Below are positions 1 through 13,204 of a stretch of 64,000 bases of DNA, one piece after another. Source of the stretch: Hemiscyllium ocellatum (lineage: Eukaryota); assembly GCF_020745735.1 (NCBI RefSeq), contig NW_026867454.1, forward strand, positions 1 through 64,000. The letters are read 5' to 3'. Numbering within the stretch: position 1 is the first letter of the stretch; every line of letters starts with the position of its first letter. The translations under genes were made by a program, and so were the position numbers. The notes beneath the pieces are model-generated. The model was not told the DNA's origin and made no database searches. It saw only the letters and a list, made by a program, of their open reading frames with translations.

Positions 1-2414
1 CCCTATTGAATCATAAATCTTATCATCAAAAGAAGTGGGCAACAGCGACCTCCTATCCCTTCCCTTTCTCCCGACTATCTGTTCTCACATTGGTGAGTTT
101 CTGTATCCCATGAGGTAGATTCAATGCAGTCAGTAATGAGAAATAAAGCAGATCAAATATAATGTTGTTAATTATTATTAGGTCAATTAATAGGGATAAC
201 TATATGCTGTTCTATGAGCCTCAGGATTTAAAAGCCTTTTCAGTGGAGCCACTGCTGATTTACCCAACGGGCTATCCTGGTGAACTCACTGATACGGAAA
301 CCTCTATAATCTGGGACAATGATGAAATACAAACTGACTGGAACCGCAACTTAGCAGAAAAACTAGGGAACAGAGAGAGATTGGGGCCGAAGCTCAGAAC
401 ACAGAGGCACTGCAAACCCACACACCCACTGACACAGCTTCTCGAGATGGGTTATGATGTGGTTCTGCACTATTCAGTTCTGATCTATGATCGGAACCAA
501 TGCTTCTCTGTCAAGCCGATGTGGTTTATGGATAAAAATAATGTCTGCTAAAAGGCAACTACAAAGCTCTCTTGCGATAATGTGACACAGAATCAAGTGA
601 AATGTGGAGTATCTCCTTTTGGGGCTTCTTGCATCCTTTCAAGTGGCAGCTGAATTTGGTGATCAGGTATCAGTTACTATTGAATTGGATGAAATCTTGT
701 TAGTGGTTCATTTATTTACATTTCCCTATCTCTGAGGTTTGCCCCATTTCTTTATTAAAGAGCCAATGTGTGTGAGATCTCTTTAGGGCTGTCCATAGGA
801 TAGCCGTACTCCTGCCACTGTGCAAATGCATATTGATATCTGCCTTTAAAAACAATCTGAATCTATGGTCACATACTGGTGTAGGAACTGAGTGGGGCCC
901 AGAACAGAATGAGCAACTCTTCATCTGCTGCAAACCAATGTGGGCAGCTTTTCAAACTGTCATTATCACAAGGGTGTTTTTGGTGCCATATTCACTATTC
1001 AGAATAACAATTAATTTTCCTGTTCGTGCAGCATTTCTCTCTATTACTTTACATAACAGTGTGCTGTGTGTATGTGCATGTAGTTCGTTTCTATTTATTC
1101 CTGTTCCTCAATGGCTTTGAAATTGTTGCTGTATAGGATCAAAGGTAAAGTAATGTCTCCACAAGGATATTGTTGCTGGTTTCCCTCTGAGACCAGTGCA
1201 GAACTTTACCAGTTCATTGTCGGCCTGATACATTATAGTGAAGTTTCACCTCTGTCAGCTGGTACAACATGGACATTTGAGTATTGATGAAAATAAAGTG
1301 TTTTTTTATTGAAGTCTTTAGTATTGTACTTATCAGGACACTCTCAAGAATACCAATGGTAAGGGAGAAAGCATTTAATCTGTCTGGGTAATGAGTGCTG
1401 ATTGGTAAAGGCATGGAGAATGGACCAGGTGATGATTGGCAGTTAACTGCCAATGCTTGTTGTGATTTGACTAAATTGGTGATGGCCATTCTCGGACTCA
1501 TTTGGCAGGGCAATGCCTTGACCACTCAGGCAACCTGCCAATTGCAAACTTAACAAAGTTTAGCTGTTAACTGTCCGTCACCATCTGACCAGTCCATTTC
1601 CACTGGGGACATCTCGATCAATCATTGTGCACTTTCCAAAGCATCAGAACTTGTTCAGTGTAAAATGTTGTTTCCCTTAATATCAAAATCCTTGCAGCTA
1701 TCCTGATGTATGCAAGACAAAAAAAAAGAGCATGTCCTATTTTATATCAATATCCAATTTCTATATTTGCAAACAACCGTTTGAATATGGGAACCTTTTG
1801 TTAATGGAGTATCCAACATCCAGTTGATATAATTAAAATGGAATCTAGTTTTCGAATTTGAAAAGATTTAACCCCCTGACAAGCCCACTTTGTACATGCA
1901 GATCCTTTTTGAATATTGTATCAGTCTGGCTGTTGAAAGACAGCTTTGGAAAGTTGTTTATTTCTGTCAACTTCTATTAAAGGAATTGCTGAAACGGTGG
2001 ATAATGCATTCTATTGCATTTACAAAACTGAGATATCTTGTGAAATCAGGAGATGTGCACAGTGCCAATAAAAATCCCATTTAATGCTGGCCTGGACAAG
2101 ACTGGTAAACTTAAACTTGTGCTTATAGAGAAAGGACTGAGATCTTAACTGGCTCATTATCATCGAATGTATTGAGTTTAAACTTATGTCTATCTCTAAA
2201 TTCTTCAAGGCCTTGATCCACGCTGTCTCTTGTACCCCTTATATACACACTCTGTTCTTTGGTTCTCTGATTGCTTTATATCTTTTTGTCCATGAGTATG
2301 GTCAAGCCCCCTTAATTAGCTGTACTTTACTGATAAACTTCCTTACATGCCCTCTGGTACTCATTCTCACTCGAATGCTGAATATAGGGTTAAAGGCAGG
2401 ATTCTTGGCGGTGT

Positions 2415-3120
2415 GGAGGAACAGAGGGATCTGGGTGTGCAAGTACATAGATCCCTCAAAGTTGCCACCCAAGTGGATAGGGTTGTGATGAAAGCATATG
2501 GTGTTTAGGCTTTCATTTACAGTGGAATCGAGTTTGAGAGCAGCGAGGTTTTGCTACAGCTCTACAAGTCCCTGGTGAGACCACACCTGGAATATTGTGT
2601 CCAGTTCTGGTCACCCTGCTATAAGAAATAGATAGAGGCTTTGGAGAGGGTGCAAAGAAGGTTTGCCAGGATGCTGCCTGAACTGGAGGGCTTGCCTTAT
2701 GAAGAAAGGTTGAATAAGCTCAGACTTTTCTCTCTGGAGAAGAAAGAAGAGAGGAGACCTGATTGAGGTATACAAAATAATGAGAGGAATAGATAAAGTC
2801 AATAGCTAGAGACTTTTCCCCAGGGCAGGATTGACTGGTACGAGGGGGGGTCATAGTTTTAAGATATTAGGAGAAAGGTATAGAGGAGATATTAGAGTAG
2901 GTTCTTTACACAGAGAGTTGTGAATGCATGGAATACATTGCCAGCGGTGGTGGTGGAAGCAGAGTCATTAGGGACATTTAAGTGACTGCTGGACATGCAC
3001 ATGTTTAGCAGTGAGTTGAGGGGTGTGGAGGTTGTTATATTTTACATTAGGATTAGACCTCGGCACACTGTTGTGGGCCAAAGGGCCTGTTCTGTGTTGT
3101 ATCTTTCTATGTTCTATGTT
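2415..3120 (+). mobile_element. CR1-type LINE 3' fragment
   Basis: LYKSLVRPHLEYCVQFWSP..K..ALERVQRRF motif followed by the typical tail. Confidence 0.8.
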
Positions 3121-3399
3121 AAAGCATCTCATAAATGTGAGTATTAATATCCACTTTGGCAGATTTAATTGATTTTCATTGGAATGTATCTGCCAAACCT
3201 TTAGCAAAACTGAATCAGCAAACAGCTTCAAACTGTGCACACGTCCAACTCAAAACATTGCTGCTCCTCATTAACTTTTACAAATGCACTGCTCCATTCC
3301 AAATAGCGGACCACCCGTTCCCATTCATAGAAATGTGTTTCTGACGGATGGAAGTGGTTGTTTCTGTACTTCTGCCATTTTTATTGAACTCATCTCAAG

Positions 3400-3950
3400 T
3401 TACACTTTAGAATTTGATGGTCAGGCCAAGACTGTTTGTGTTAAGCTTTAACAATTTTGACCAGGTTGCCAGCTCTTCATGTTCTTGAATATTGGAATGG
3501 GACTGGTTCTATCAGCCCTCTAGGGACAGGCTGCAAGGTCATTAGGTGGATAATAGGGTGGAAGATGATAAGGGAAGGAAGGAGTTTCCACCTCCGTAGT
3601 ATGTTATTGATCCCAAATTCGGGAAAGGATGACCACTCAGGTGGTCAATGTAGAGTGTGTTCCAGCCAATGCTGGCAGTTTATTAGCAGTAAGGTCCTCC
3701 ATTGTGTGGGAGACCTCCCCTGCATCCTAGTGACACACCTGGAGGATGTCCCTCCTAATGAAGTACCTTGTGGCTCACAACAGGTATCCCATCTGCACAC
3801 TGGAACAGTCTCCTGTCCATGGTGGCGATCACTACGGGAACTGGAAATCAGAGTAAGTGAGTGAAAGAAGCCGTGAGGGCTAGAGTGTTCACAACATTCC
3901 CAGGACCAGGTTGGCAGCTCCTACTGAGGCCATTAATAAGTCATTAAGAT
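3400..3950 (-). mobile_element. CR1/L2-clade LINE endonuclease fragment
   Basis: The minus strand reads as a decayed APE domain (..GDF..HH..WL..T..D..); the plus ORF 3457-3864 is its antisense. Confidence 0.55.
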
Positions 3951-4866
3951 CCCCCAATTGGTGCAAGGACGATGGGTTAGTCCTACTCCTAGTAAGAGGA
4001 CTGTGATTCCTGCTGTTTCAGTGCTATCAAGCAAATCGTGAAGTGTGGCCATGTGATAAAATCATTTACATTCAGTGCTGGATACTTGAGACTTTTTTGT
4101 GAGAAACTTTATAACTCTTCTAAATGTTCTTAATGCACTTTTTGTTTCATGCAATGGTGATTTTCTACATAGGATTACAGAGGAAAAACAGACCATTTGG
4201 CACAATCAGTTTATGCCAGTGCTTATGTTCTACTCAAGGTGTTTCACATCTTTCCTCAACTAAATCGCCTGTTGCAATTCTCTATTCCCATCCCTTCCTA
4301 GTGCTCGCCTAGTTTCCTTGAAATACATCTAAACTATTGATTTCAACTATTCCGTCTGGTCACATATTCCCCATTCTCATCATTCTTTCAGTGAAGAGGT
4401 TTCTTCTGAATTCCCTTTTGGACTTCTTGAGGTACCATCTTATATTGACAGCCTCGAGTTATATTCTATCCCACAGTGAAATGTTTTCTTTGTACCTTCT
4501 CTTTTCAAAACCTTTCTTAATTTTCGAACTGTCAGCCTTCTTTTCAAGAGAGAAGTGAACAGCACAACAATTCTTCCTTGATATACACAGCCAGAAACTT
4601 GTGGAGCATTCTCATAAATCATCTCTTTACTCTCTCTCAGGCATTCTATAATATGTCAACTCGAACTGCAAACAATACTCTTAATTATAGTCAACCAAAT
4701 TTTTATAGTGACCCTACTTTCAAATCTATCCCTTTAGAGATAAAACTTGGTACTTTGTTTGCATTTTTATGGCCTTTGGAACCTTTGGTGAAATTGTTAG
4801 TGACTGATGTAATTGTCTGAAATCCCTTTGTTTGTCTCCCTCACTTAGACGTGCATCTTTGAATAA

Positions 4867-5568
4867 GTGACCTGCACATTATTCCAAGGCCCCAAGGGAT
4901 CCTTCCATATCCACCACAAATTCACCTGCACCTCCACACACATCATCTATTGCATCCGCTGCACCCGATGTGGCCTCCTCTATATTGGGGAGACGGGCCA
5001 CCTACTTGCGGAACATTTCAGAGAACACCTCTGGGACATCCGGACCAACCAACCCAACCACCCCGTGGCTCAACACTTTAACTCCCCCTCCCACTCCACC
5101 AAGGACATGCAGGTCCTTGGACTCCTCCATCGCCAGACCATAACAACACGACGGTTGGAGGAAGAGCACCTCATTTCCGCCTGGGAACCCTCCAACCACA
5201 AGGGATGAACTCAGATTTCTCCAGTTTCCTCATTTCCCCTCCCCCACTTTGTCTCAGTCGAATCCCTCAAACTCAGCACCCCCTTCCTAACCTGCAATCT
5301 TCTTCCTAACCTCTCCGCCCCCACCCCACTCCGGCCTATCACCCTCACCTTGACATCCTTCCACCTATCATATCTCCATCACCGCTCCCCCAAGTCCCTC
5401 CTTCCTACCTTTTATCTTAGCCTGCTGGATACACTTTCCTCATTCCTGATGAAGGGCTTATGCCCGAAACGTCGAATTTCCTGTTCCTTGGTTGCTGCCT
5501 GACCTGCTGCGCTTTTCCAGCAACACATTTTTTTCTCTGATACTCCAGCATCTGCAGATCTCACTTTC
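4867..5568 (+). mobile_element. Penelope-like element 3' part (GIY-YIG endonuclease remnant, pyrimidine-rich UTR, hammerhead-bearing tail)
   Basis: FTCTSTHIIYCIRCTRCGLLYIGETGHLLAEHFREH...VAQHFNSPSH, a GIY-YIG motif with PLE-type Cys/His residues. Confidence 0.85.
5442..5477 (+). ncRNA. Minimal type I hammerhead ribozyme motif in the PLE tail
   Basis: ATTC-CTGATGA-AGGGC TTAT GCCC-GAAAC-GTC-GAAT: both core boxes intact, stem II GGGC/GCCC, stem I ATTC/GAAT. Confidence 0.75.
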
Positions 5569-6159
5569 GCCTTGCACATTATTCCTACCAAGATGTAATA
5601 CCTTACCTTTATCTGTGTGGATCTTCATTTGCTAATTATTTGAACATACCGTAAATTAATTAATGATCTCTTGCAACTTCTTGTAGTCCTCAGAATTGGC
5701 TACATTTCAACATTCCTTTCCAATTTCATGTCATTGTATTGCTAATTTTTTTTTGTCGTAATTAGATGCAATATTTAATTTGCAGTTTTACTTTATTTTG
5801 TTTTGAATTTTTAGAGAGGTGCAGTAATCCACACATTAACTACAACAACTAAATGTAGAATGACAGATAGATGAAAATTATTACAAACACAGGACTAATT
5901 AATAGACTCTATTAACTTCACGGTCAAAACAGGGAATTATTTTTTACACGAATGATATGGTGCACTATCTGTGGTACAATAACTTTTTGTCCATTTTTTT
6001 GTTGTAGTTTATTTTCCAGGTCTTTCCATACACACCATAAATTGAAAAGGCACCCATCCTCCATTTTAAACTAAATGATAATAAAAAAAACAACATTATA
6101 TTAAATGCAACATGATTTATGAAGCCAATCCTCTAGGCTTATACATATTCACAGCCATG

Positions 6160-7380
6160 TAGAGTTATATAGGGAGAGGCTGAATAGGCTGGGGTTGATT
6201 TCTCTGGAGCGTTGGAAGCTGAGGGGTGACTTTATAAAGGCTTATAAAATCATCAGAGGCATGGATACCGTGAATAGGCAAGGTTTTTTCCCTGAGATGG
6301 GTGGAGTCTCATCTAAACCTACACTCATGAGTCTAGGTTTAGAGTGAGAGGGGGAAAAGTTGAAAGTACCTAAGGAGTAACTTTTTCATGCAGAGGGTGG
6401 TGTGTATGGAATGAACTGCCAGAGGAAGTGGTGGAGGCTGGTGCAATTTCAACATTTAAAAGGCATCTGAGTGTGTATAAGAATAGGAAGGGTTTAGAGA
6501 GATATGGGCCAAGTACTGGCAAATGGGACTAGATTAGTTTAGGATATCTGGTCAGCATGGGCAAGTGAGACTGAAAGATCTGTTTCCAAGTTGTACATCT
6601 CTATGACTCTGTGATCTACCCCTTTGCTCTTAATGTACTAGTCGAATCTCTTTGGATTATCTTGAACATTATCTGCCAAGGCTATCTCATTTTCCTTTCT
6701 TGCCCTCCTCATTTCCCTCTTTAGAATGTCCCTGCCCCTCTTTTACTCTTCGAGATTCACTGAATCTCACTTATCTATATCTAATATATGATTCATTCTT
6801 AATCTGAACCAGAGCCTCAATATCTTTATTCCTCCAGTGTTCCCTCCTCTTACCAGCCTTATCTTCACACTAACAGGAACATCATACCTCCGAACTCTCG
6901 TTATCTCACTTCTGAAAGCTTCACTCTTGCCGGCCGTCCCTTGAGCTGCAAACAGTCTACTCCAATCAACTCTTGAAAGTTTTTGTCTCATACTATCAAA
7001 ATTTGCCCTAGTTCAATTAAGAACTTTAACTTACATATAATGCCAATCCTTTCCATAGATATTTTAAACTAATCGAAACATGACCCGGGCCCCAAAAAGC
7101 TCCCCTACTAACCATTCAGTCACTTGTCCTGCCTTATATCACAAGAGTAGGTCAGGTTTGCTCCTTCTGTGAGAGTTACATCTGCATATTAATGAAGAAA
7201 ATTGACTTTAGCACTTACCAAATTCCACACCATCCAAGCTCTTAAGATCATGACTGTTCCACTTTATGTTAGGAAGGTTAAAATTTGCGATTATTGCAAT
7301 CCTATTATTCTTACATATAAATAAGATCTCTCCACATATTCATTACTCAATTTCACTCTGACTACTGGGGGGACTATTAC
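6160..7380. mobile_element. Two CR1-type fragments (plus-strand 3' tail then minus-strand internal part)
   Basis: Plus-strand tail ending ...TTGTACATCTCTATGACTCT; minus-strand DWSRLF/RVRRYDVPV linker. Confidence 0.65.
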
Positions 7381-9331
7381 AATTGCATCAAAGTAACCAT
7401 ACCCTTCTTATTTATGAGTTCCATCCACATAGCTTCAGTGGACCATCCCTCAGAAATACCTTGTGTTAGAACAGCAGTAATGTATCACCACAAGAAAAAA
7501 TGGCTCCAATCTCCTTCTAGCTCTTCCTACTTCTGCCGTACCTTTGATGGTGGGAGGGGCTTTGAACATAAATTATTCAATTTACTGGTGATGGTTAGTA
7601 GCAGAAAATAAAGAGACTGTGGGGGACTTGGGTGATGGGAAATAAAAGGTTACATTGTGTGGAAGAAAATTCTGGATATAAACAAGAATTTTAAAAAATG
7701 AACTCCACTCTGTCTGCCCAGCTCTTGCCTACACCTCTGTACCCCCAGAGTACTTTCCTTTTATTTTGATGAGTTCAAGTTAATCTCACCCGCTGTTTTG
7801 TACTTGCCAACCATTTGTTAACGGGTGTTTGCTGTTACAGAATGTAGGCTGCCTTACTGTGTACGTTCTCAGAGTTCAGTGTTTGGAGTCCTTGTTGTTT
7901 CAACCTGTGCTTTGGTCCATCATGCAAAATTACAGAAAAATATTAACAGCAATTTAAGGTAAAATGTTAGGATATTGGAAGAACAGCTAAGAGCATCAAG
8001 TTTGACAGAGGGGTTGTGGGAAAGGACATGGAAAGCAGCAGGGTTTCCAGAACTTCTGATCTTTGTCTTCTCTGATCGAAATCAACCTGTGATTGATCAT
8101 TTTTGAGGATTGTTATTCATTAATATCGGTGTGTCAGATAGATCTCCGTCTCAGGGAGGGGTGACGTGCTTCTTTGTTTTGTGATGAACTCAGGGGAACA
8201 TACAATAGTAAGGGGGTAAACCCAAAGGGGGTGAAGGAGCAGAGGATCCTCCATGTGTATGTGCACAAATCAGGGAATGTACCATGATACGTGGACAGAA
8301 GAGCAACTAATCCCTACTTCATCAATAACACCGTAGAGAACAAACACAAAGCAATTATGTTAATCTGAAATCAAACAGTCTCTTGTCTCACCTGGAATGT
8401 TGCATCTAGTTTCAGGAGCCACGTTTTTGAAAAAAGGCAAATTATGAGATTGGGTGTGTGACTGATTCACAACACTATTCCTGGGATGATACACCTCACC
8501 AACTCTGAGAAATTGAGAATGTTCTCCTCTGCTGATAGTTTCCAGACTCTGTGAACAGTTGCTATGATTGGTTCCCAACTCCGTCTTGCATCATATAGAT
8601 CCCAATGGCTGAATATTTCAGGGACTCATGAGCTCTGACTTGCCTGATCAACATCGACCTCTGATTTATTATTTTTGAGGGTTGCTGTTCAGTAATATCC
8701 CTGTATCAGATAGATCCCAGTCTCATTCCCTGGGATTTGACAGGTGTGGTGTGTCAAATAGATCCCAGGAATAGTGCTCCATGAGATTTATGTGTGAGGA
8801 AAAACTCCAGTTCTGAGAATCTGCCCTTGGATTGTGCACGTGTTGTGTCTGACTACCTGACTGAACGTTGACATTTTTGGCTGATGAATGTTTCGTTGGG
8901 CGCTTTAGGTGGTGAGTTATGCATTACTAACCCAGGCTGTCCGGACATTGGGAGTACATGTAGTTTAGACGGTGTAGAGTAAACTTTCAAACTCCTTTGC
9001 CTGCCTTTTATAGGCTTCTGGTGGAGCAAAGCTCCTCATTTGTATCATTACGTGACCCGAGGCCGTGACCTTTGGTGCATAAGAGGAAATGTTCTCTAAT
9101 CATTCTGCCTCTGGAGTGTTCCATCAGGCATATCGTGTGAAAGATGCATTTACATTAGTGGGCGGCATGGCAGCGCAACATTAAACTAAATGACTGGATG
9201 AAACACAACCAAACAGAACAAGTGAAAGTATTTGGCTGGGAAAGGAGTAGGATGTGGGAAAATGTTTGATTACTGGCTGGCCTTGAAGAAAGAATTAAGC
9301 AAACTCAAGGTTAGTGCATATTCATTCGAGA

Positions 9332-9337
9332 TTTATT
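9332..9337 (-). terminator. Probable membrane-form polyadenylation signal AATAAA
   Basis: First minus-strand AATAAA I could find after the TM2 stop (~430 nt downstream). Confidence 0.5.
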
Positions 9338-9770
9338 AACCATTTCAGAAAGCATTTTTATCCAAAAAGTTGATGTAAAAGCTAACAGAAGTGAATATAA
9401 TGGCTGGATGCCACATTGAGATGAGAACACATGCGCTGTGAGGTGGGAATTTTCTGTACATCAGTAACAGAACATCAGTACATCAGGGAATACAAAGGCT
9501 CATCAGAAAGGGTAGGCAACCATTCTGAGTAAGGAACAAATAAAAACAAAACAAATGGGCTTCAAACAACAGGGAAGCTACAAATTCTTCCAACCACAAC
9601 CATTTCAAAGATATAAAGTAAAAACGAAAATCCATCAATTATTGTCTCAGTTACACACTGATAAACTGAAGTGATCTCACTGTGAGAGTCAGCAACAGGA
9701 CAGATTGTAGATTGGGAATTCAGAGACCTTGATAAGCAGATCAGGAACATCAAAGGGGTCCACAACTCAT

Positions 9771-9779
9771 TCACTTAAC
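9771..9779 (-). CDS. IGHM: IgM TM2 exon (VK*), giving cytoplasmic KVK
   Basis: CTCTCTTTTCCAG|GTT AAG TGA, 139 nt downstream of TM1. Confidence 0.88.
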   Translation of the reverse strand, partial: VK

Positions 9780-9918
9780 CTGGAAAAGAGAGATAAAGCA
9801 ATGACACAGATATTTATGATCAGGGACTTTCAGATTTAATGTTTATTCAATGGCACACTTAGAGATTTCACAAAACATATTGGGCTGTTTGGCATGAGAA
9901 AGATGTGATTATTCTCAC

Positions 9919-10046
9919 CTTCACCAGAGTGACGGCAGCGCTGTAGAAAATACTCAGGAAGAACAAGGTGATGAACGTGGAAGCAGTTGTCCAGATGTTG
10001 CTGTTATCATCCTCATAGTCTTCAATCCAAGTGCGATCTATTGAAT
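9919..10046 (-). CDS. IGHM: IgM transmembrane exon TM1 (DSIDRTWIEDYEDDNSNIWTTASTFITLFFLSIFYSAAVTLVK)
   Basis: TTCATAG| acceptor in phase with the Cmu4 internal donor; CART-type motif T..TF..LF..S..YS; donor AAG|GTGAGA. Confidence 0.95.
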
Positions 10047-12770
10047 CTATGAATATAAAGCCGAGAGAACGCATTTAGATCGTTTATTGATCCAGATCGA
10101 TCTATGTGTATCCAAGTCATGTAATTAGAGACCATTACATCTTCATAAAGCAGTCAGGTATTTCTCAAGTGTGACTCTTATCTGTATCCATCAGTGCATT
10201 ATTGACTCTCAGCAAGAAATTACAAATACTGACTGCACATGTTCTTTCTTCATTGTCCATGTCAGAATGTTTTAAATTAATTTTCTTTTAATCTATTATT
10301 TAAAGATATTATTATTTGAGGAATGCTTATTACGAATGATTATTTTAATTATATCATTATATTTTAAATATAGGCTGTGACAGCACTTTAGTTGAAAATT
10401 GTGGCCATCACTGAATAAAAGTTCAAATGTGATTCTCACCTTTATGTATTAGTGACCAATTGCTTGGCAAATCGTGAATATAAGTGACATCACAGTCAGG
10501 ACATTGCTTCATATTTTTGTTTGTAGGATCTGTATATTTAGGAATAAGTTTTTGTACGTGTCCCTTAATTTATTTGACCTACTGCTTGGTGTGTTTGGTT
10601 TCCCTTTAATGGTTGTGTATGTGGTTGAGTGCCTCTTACTTCACTCTTGCCCATGTTGGAGTCTGTGCATGAATAAACATATTCCTGTTCCTTTACTGCT
10701 AGTGTTCTCATGTGTTTGTGCACCGAAATTTTGGTCTTTTCACATTGTGTAAGCATCATTATGCGAATATGCCACTTCATTGTTGCCTATGCTTATCTTG
10801 AAATGTCTTTGTGAGTGTTCACTTTTCATTAGTGCTATCTAAAATGTGTGCTTATGTGTCTGTTTCAGGTCCTACCTAAACTAGGTTATTTTCATGTTAT
10901 GCTTAATAAATGTTAGCATGCAACGTCATGTTTTGATGGATGTTTATATTTATATGATGATGTCTGCTTGTGTGGCAATCTTTCCCAAACCATCTCCTGA
11001 GAAGCTTGTTTGTGTTAGTGTTTGTGGATGCTTGCTGATGCTTGTGCTCATTATCCTTATTTAATAAACGCCCCTCTATTTATTGATCTATGCACTTGTG
11101 TGTCTGCATGTGAGACTCGGAATTTGTGTGTACGTGTGACATTGTATACATGCTGATCAATGTGGTTTAAAAATAACTAATTAAGCTGCCTCTGTCATCG
11201 TATGTTTGTGATTCTGAAAATGGGAAAATAATTATATTAATGTTTATCTCTGTGCACTTACGTGCCTGTATGAGTTGACATGTGGGAGGACATTTTTTGG
11301 AATTTGTATCTGTGTGTTCATGCGTGTATGTCTGTACGCATTGTGCTGTATGAATGTATATGTATTCATGCCCATTTGTGTGTTACCGTGTGTCTATATT
11401 TCTCATGGTTATGTGTGAGTACCCTGATCATTTGTTCAAATAATTTTCTTTTGGTGTATGTGAGTTTTTGTATGAGCTTAGGTGAGTGTTAAAGTACCAC
11501 TTGCATGTGTGGCTCTGTGCGAGTATGCATGTGTGACATCTTATCTGTATGCACATTTGAGTGTGCACATCAATATGTGTCTTTAGGTGAGAGCCCATAT
11601 ATGTGTCATTCCGTGTGTATTTGCGATCATCTCTCTGTATCTGTTCTTATACCAGACTGCAATTTTTATTATTCTAATTTATTGTTCTAATTTTAATGGA
11701 TTGCCTATAATTAGATTTGACCTTGGTGTTGTAGGAAACATTTCCCATCGTCGTGAAGAGATAAGCGTTTTATGAGCAACTCTTCTGTTGCAGTGATAGA
11801 ATTTCTGTCTCTGAGAGAAAAGGCGTGAGTTCAAATCCCCACTGCCCCAGAGATAACATTTCTGAATATGTTTATTAGAAAATGTCTACTTGTGTTCTGT
11901 ATGTGAAACAAAATGATATCAGGTATTCGAATACCAGAATTGATCCCATGTGCTCCAGAAAACTGAGACAAAACTACAGAATTCAAACCGGGACAATGCA
12001 AACACCAGTTTTGGATTAGGGGAATCAATGTTAATCATTTGTTAACAGAGCCCAAGCATGTCCAACATGTTTCAAAGGTATTATTTTGCATGGAAATGTT
12101 AAATCTTTGGACAGTAAGCAAGAAGCTGACTGTTCCTGTTAGTAACGGGGTTACATTACAGAGGACATCTACCATGAAAACTCTGCACAGGGAGCAAGAG
12201 GACAGACCATTCATCGTTCCCCTCCCCTCTGCTCCACGACAACTTATCTGTCGATTCTCTTTGGTGTGAAAGTGAAGCTACATTCTGTCAACTCATGCAC
12301 TGGTGCAAGATCCCTGGCAGTTCCCCAGAAACAACGGTTACATTCAAACTGTTCTGCACTCTTTACGATTGGTATGTTCCAATCAAATTTAATTTTAAAG
12401 TGTCTTAAATTTACATTTCCAATTGGTGCAATGTGGCAGTTTAAAACTGACATGAATTTTATAAGAATGTCCAATCAGGGGAATCAAGAACACCAAGTTC
12501 AAAACTCATGCTCTACCCTGGACATAAAATGGACATTGTCAGATTTTGTCACAGAGGGATTTAGGATGGATAAGGTACTTGGCGGAATCCTGCAATGAGT
12601 GAGCTTTACTCTGTCTCTGACCCAGGGTGTATCTGAGCAGAGAACATTAACTGCACAAGACACTTATCCTAGACCTGTTAATAACCCACTTTAACTACAC
12701 AGATGGAATGTAAGTCAGAGTGAGAAACAACTCATTCAGTATTTAACTCACAACTGGAGGAAAAAGAAAC

Positions 12771-12776
12771 TTTATT
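12771..12776 (-). terminator. Secretory-form polyadenylation signal AATAAA
   Basis: AATAAA on the minus strand ~37 nt after the tailpiece stop codon. Confidence 0.8.
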
Positions 12777-12812
12777 ACTTCTGTTGAATTATTAAATGCA
12801 ACTTTGAGATTT

Positions 12813-13204
12813 TTATTGACATGAATTAACAGTGTCCATCAGTGCAAGTGAAATGTTTACGAAACTCGGTTTACCGCTGGATTTATCGACTGTTCTGTTG
12901 ATGATCTTCAATGGAATCGCTTCATGTCCCACCACACAGGAGTAAGAAGCACCGCTGGCCCACTCCTCCGCTGTAATGGATAACAGGCTGTAGATGAAGA
13001 AGGAAGTGTTGTCACTCTCTGCCATCACCTCGGTGTTCTTGTAGTTACTGGGATTCACCGGCTTGTCATTGTTTGTCCACTTGACGAAGATCTCTCGGGG
13101 GGAGAAACCTCTCACTAAACAGGTGAGGGAGAGAAACCTCTGAGCGGAGATTTCTTCTGTTGGTGGCAGGAGGACCGACACTGATGGCTCCAGCGGATTA
13201 ATCA
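12813..13204 (-). CDS. IGHM: IgM constant exon Cmu4 plus secretory tailpiece
   Basis: CTGCAG| acceptor; internal donor AGCG|GTAAAC at 12875/12874 for TM splicing; tail [20 protein letters not shown] with an N-glycosylation sequon and penultimate Cys. Confidence 0.96.
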
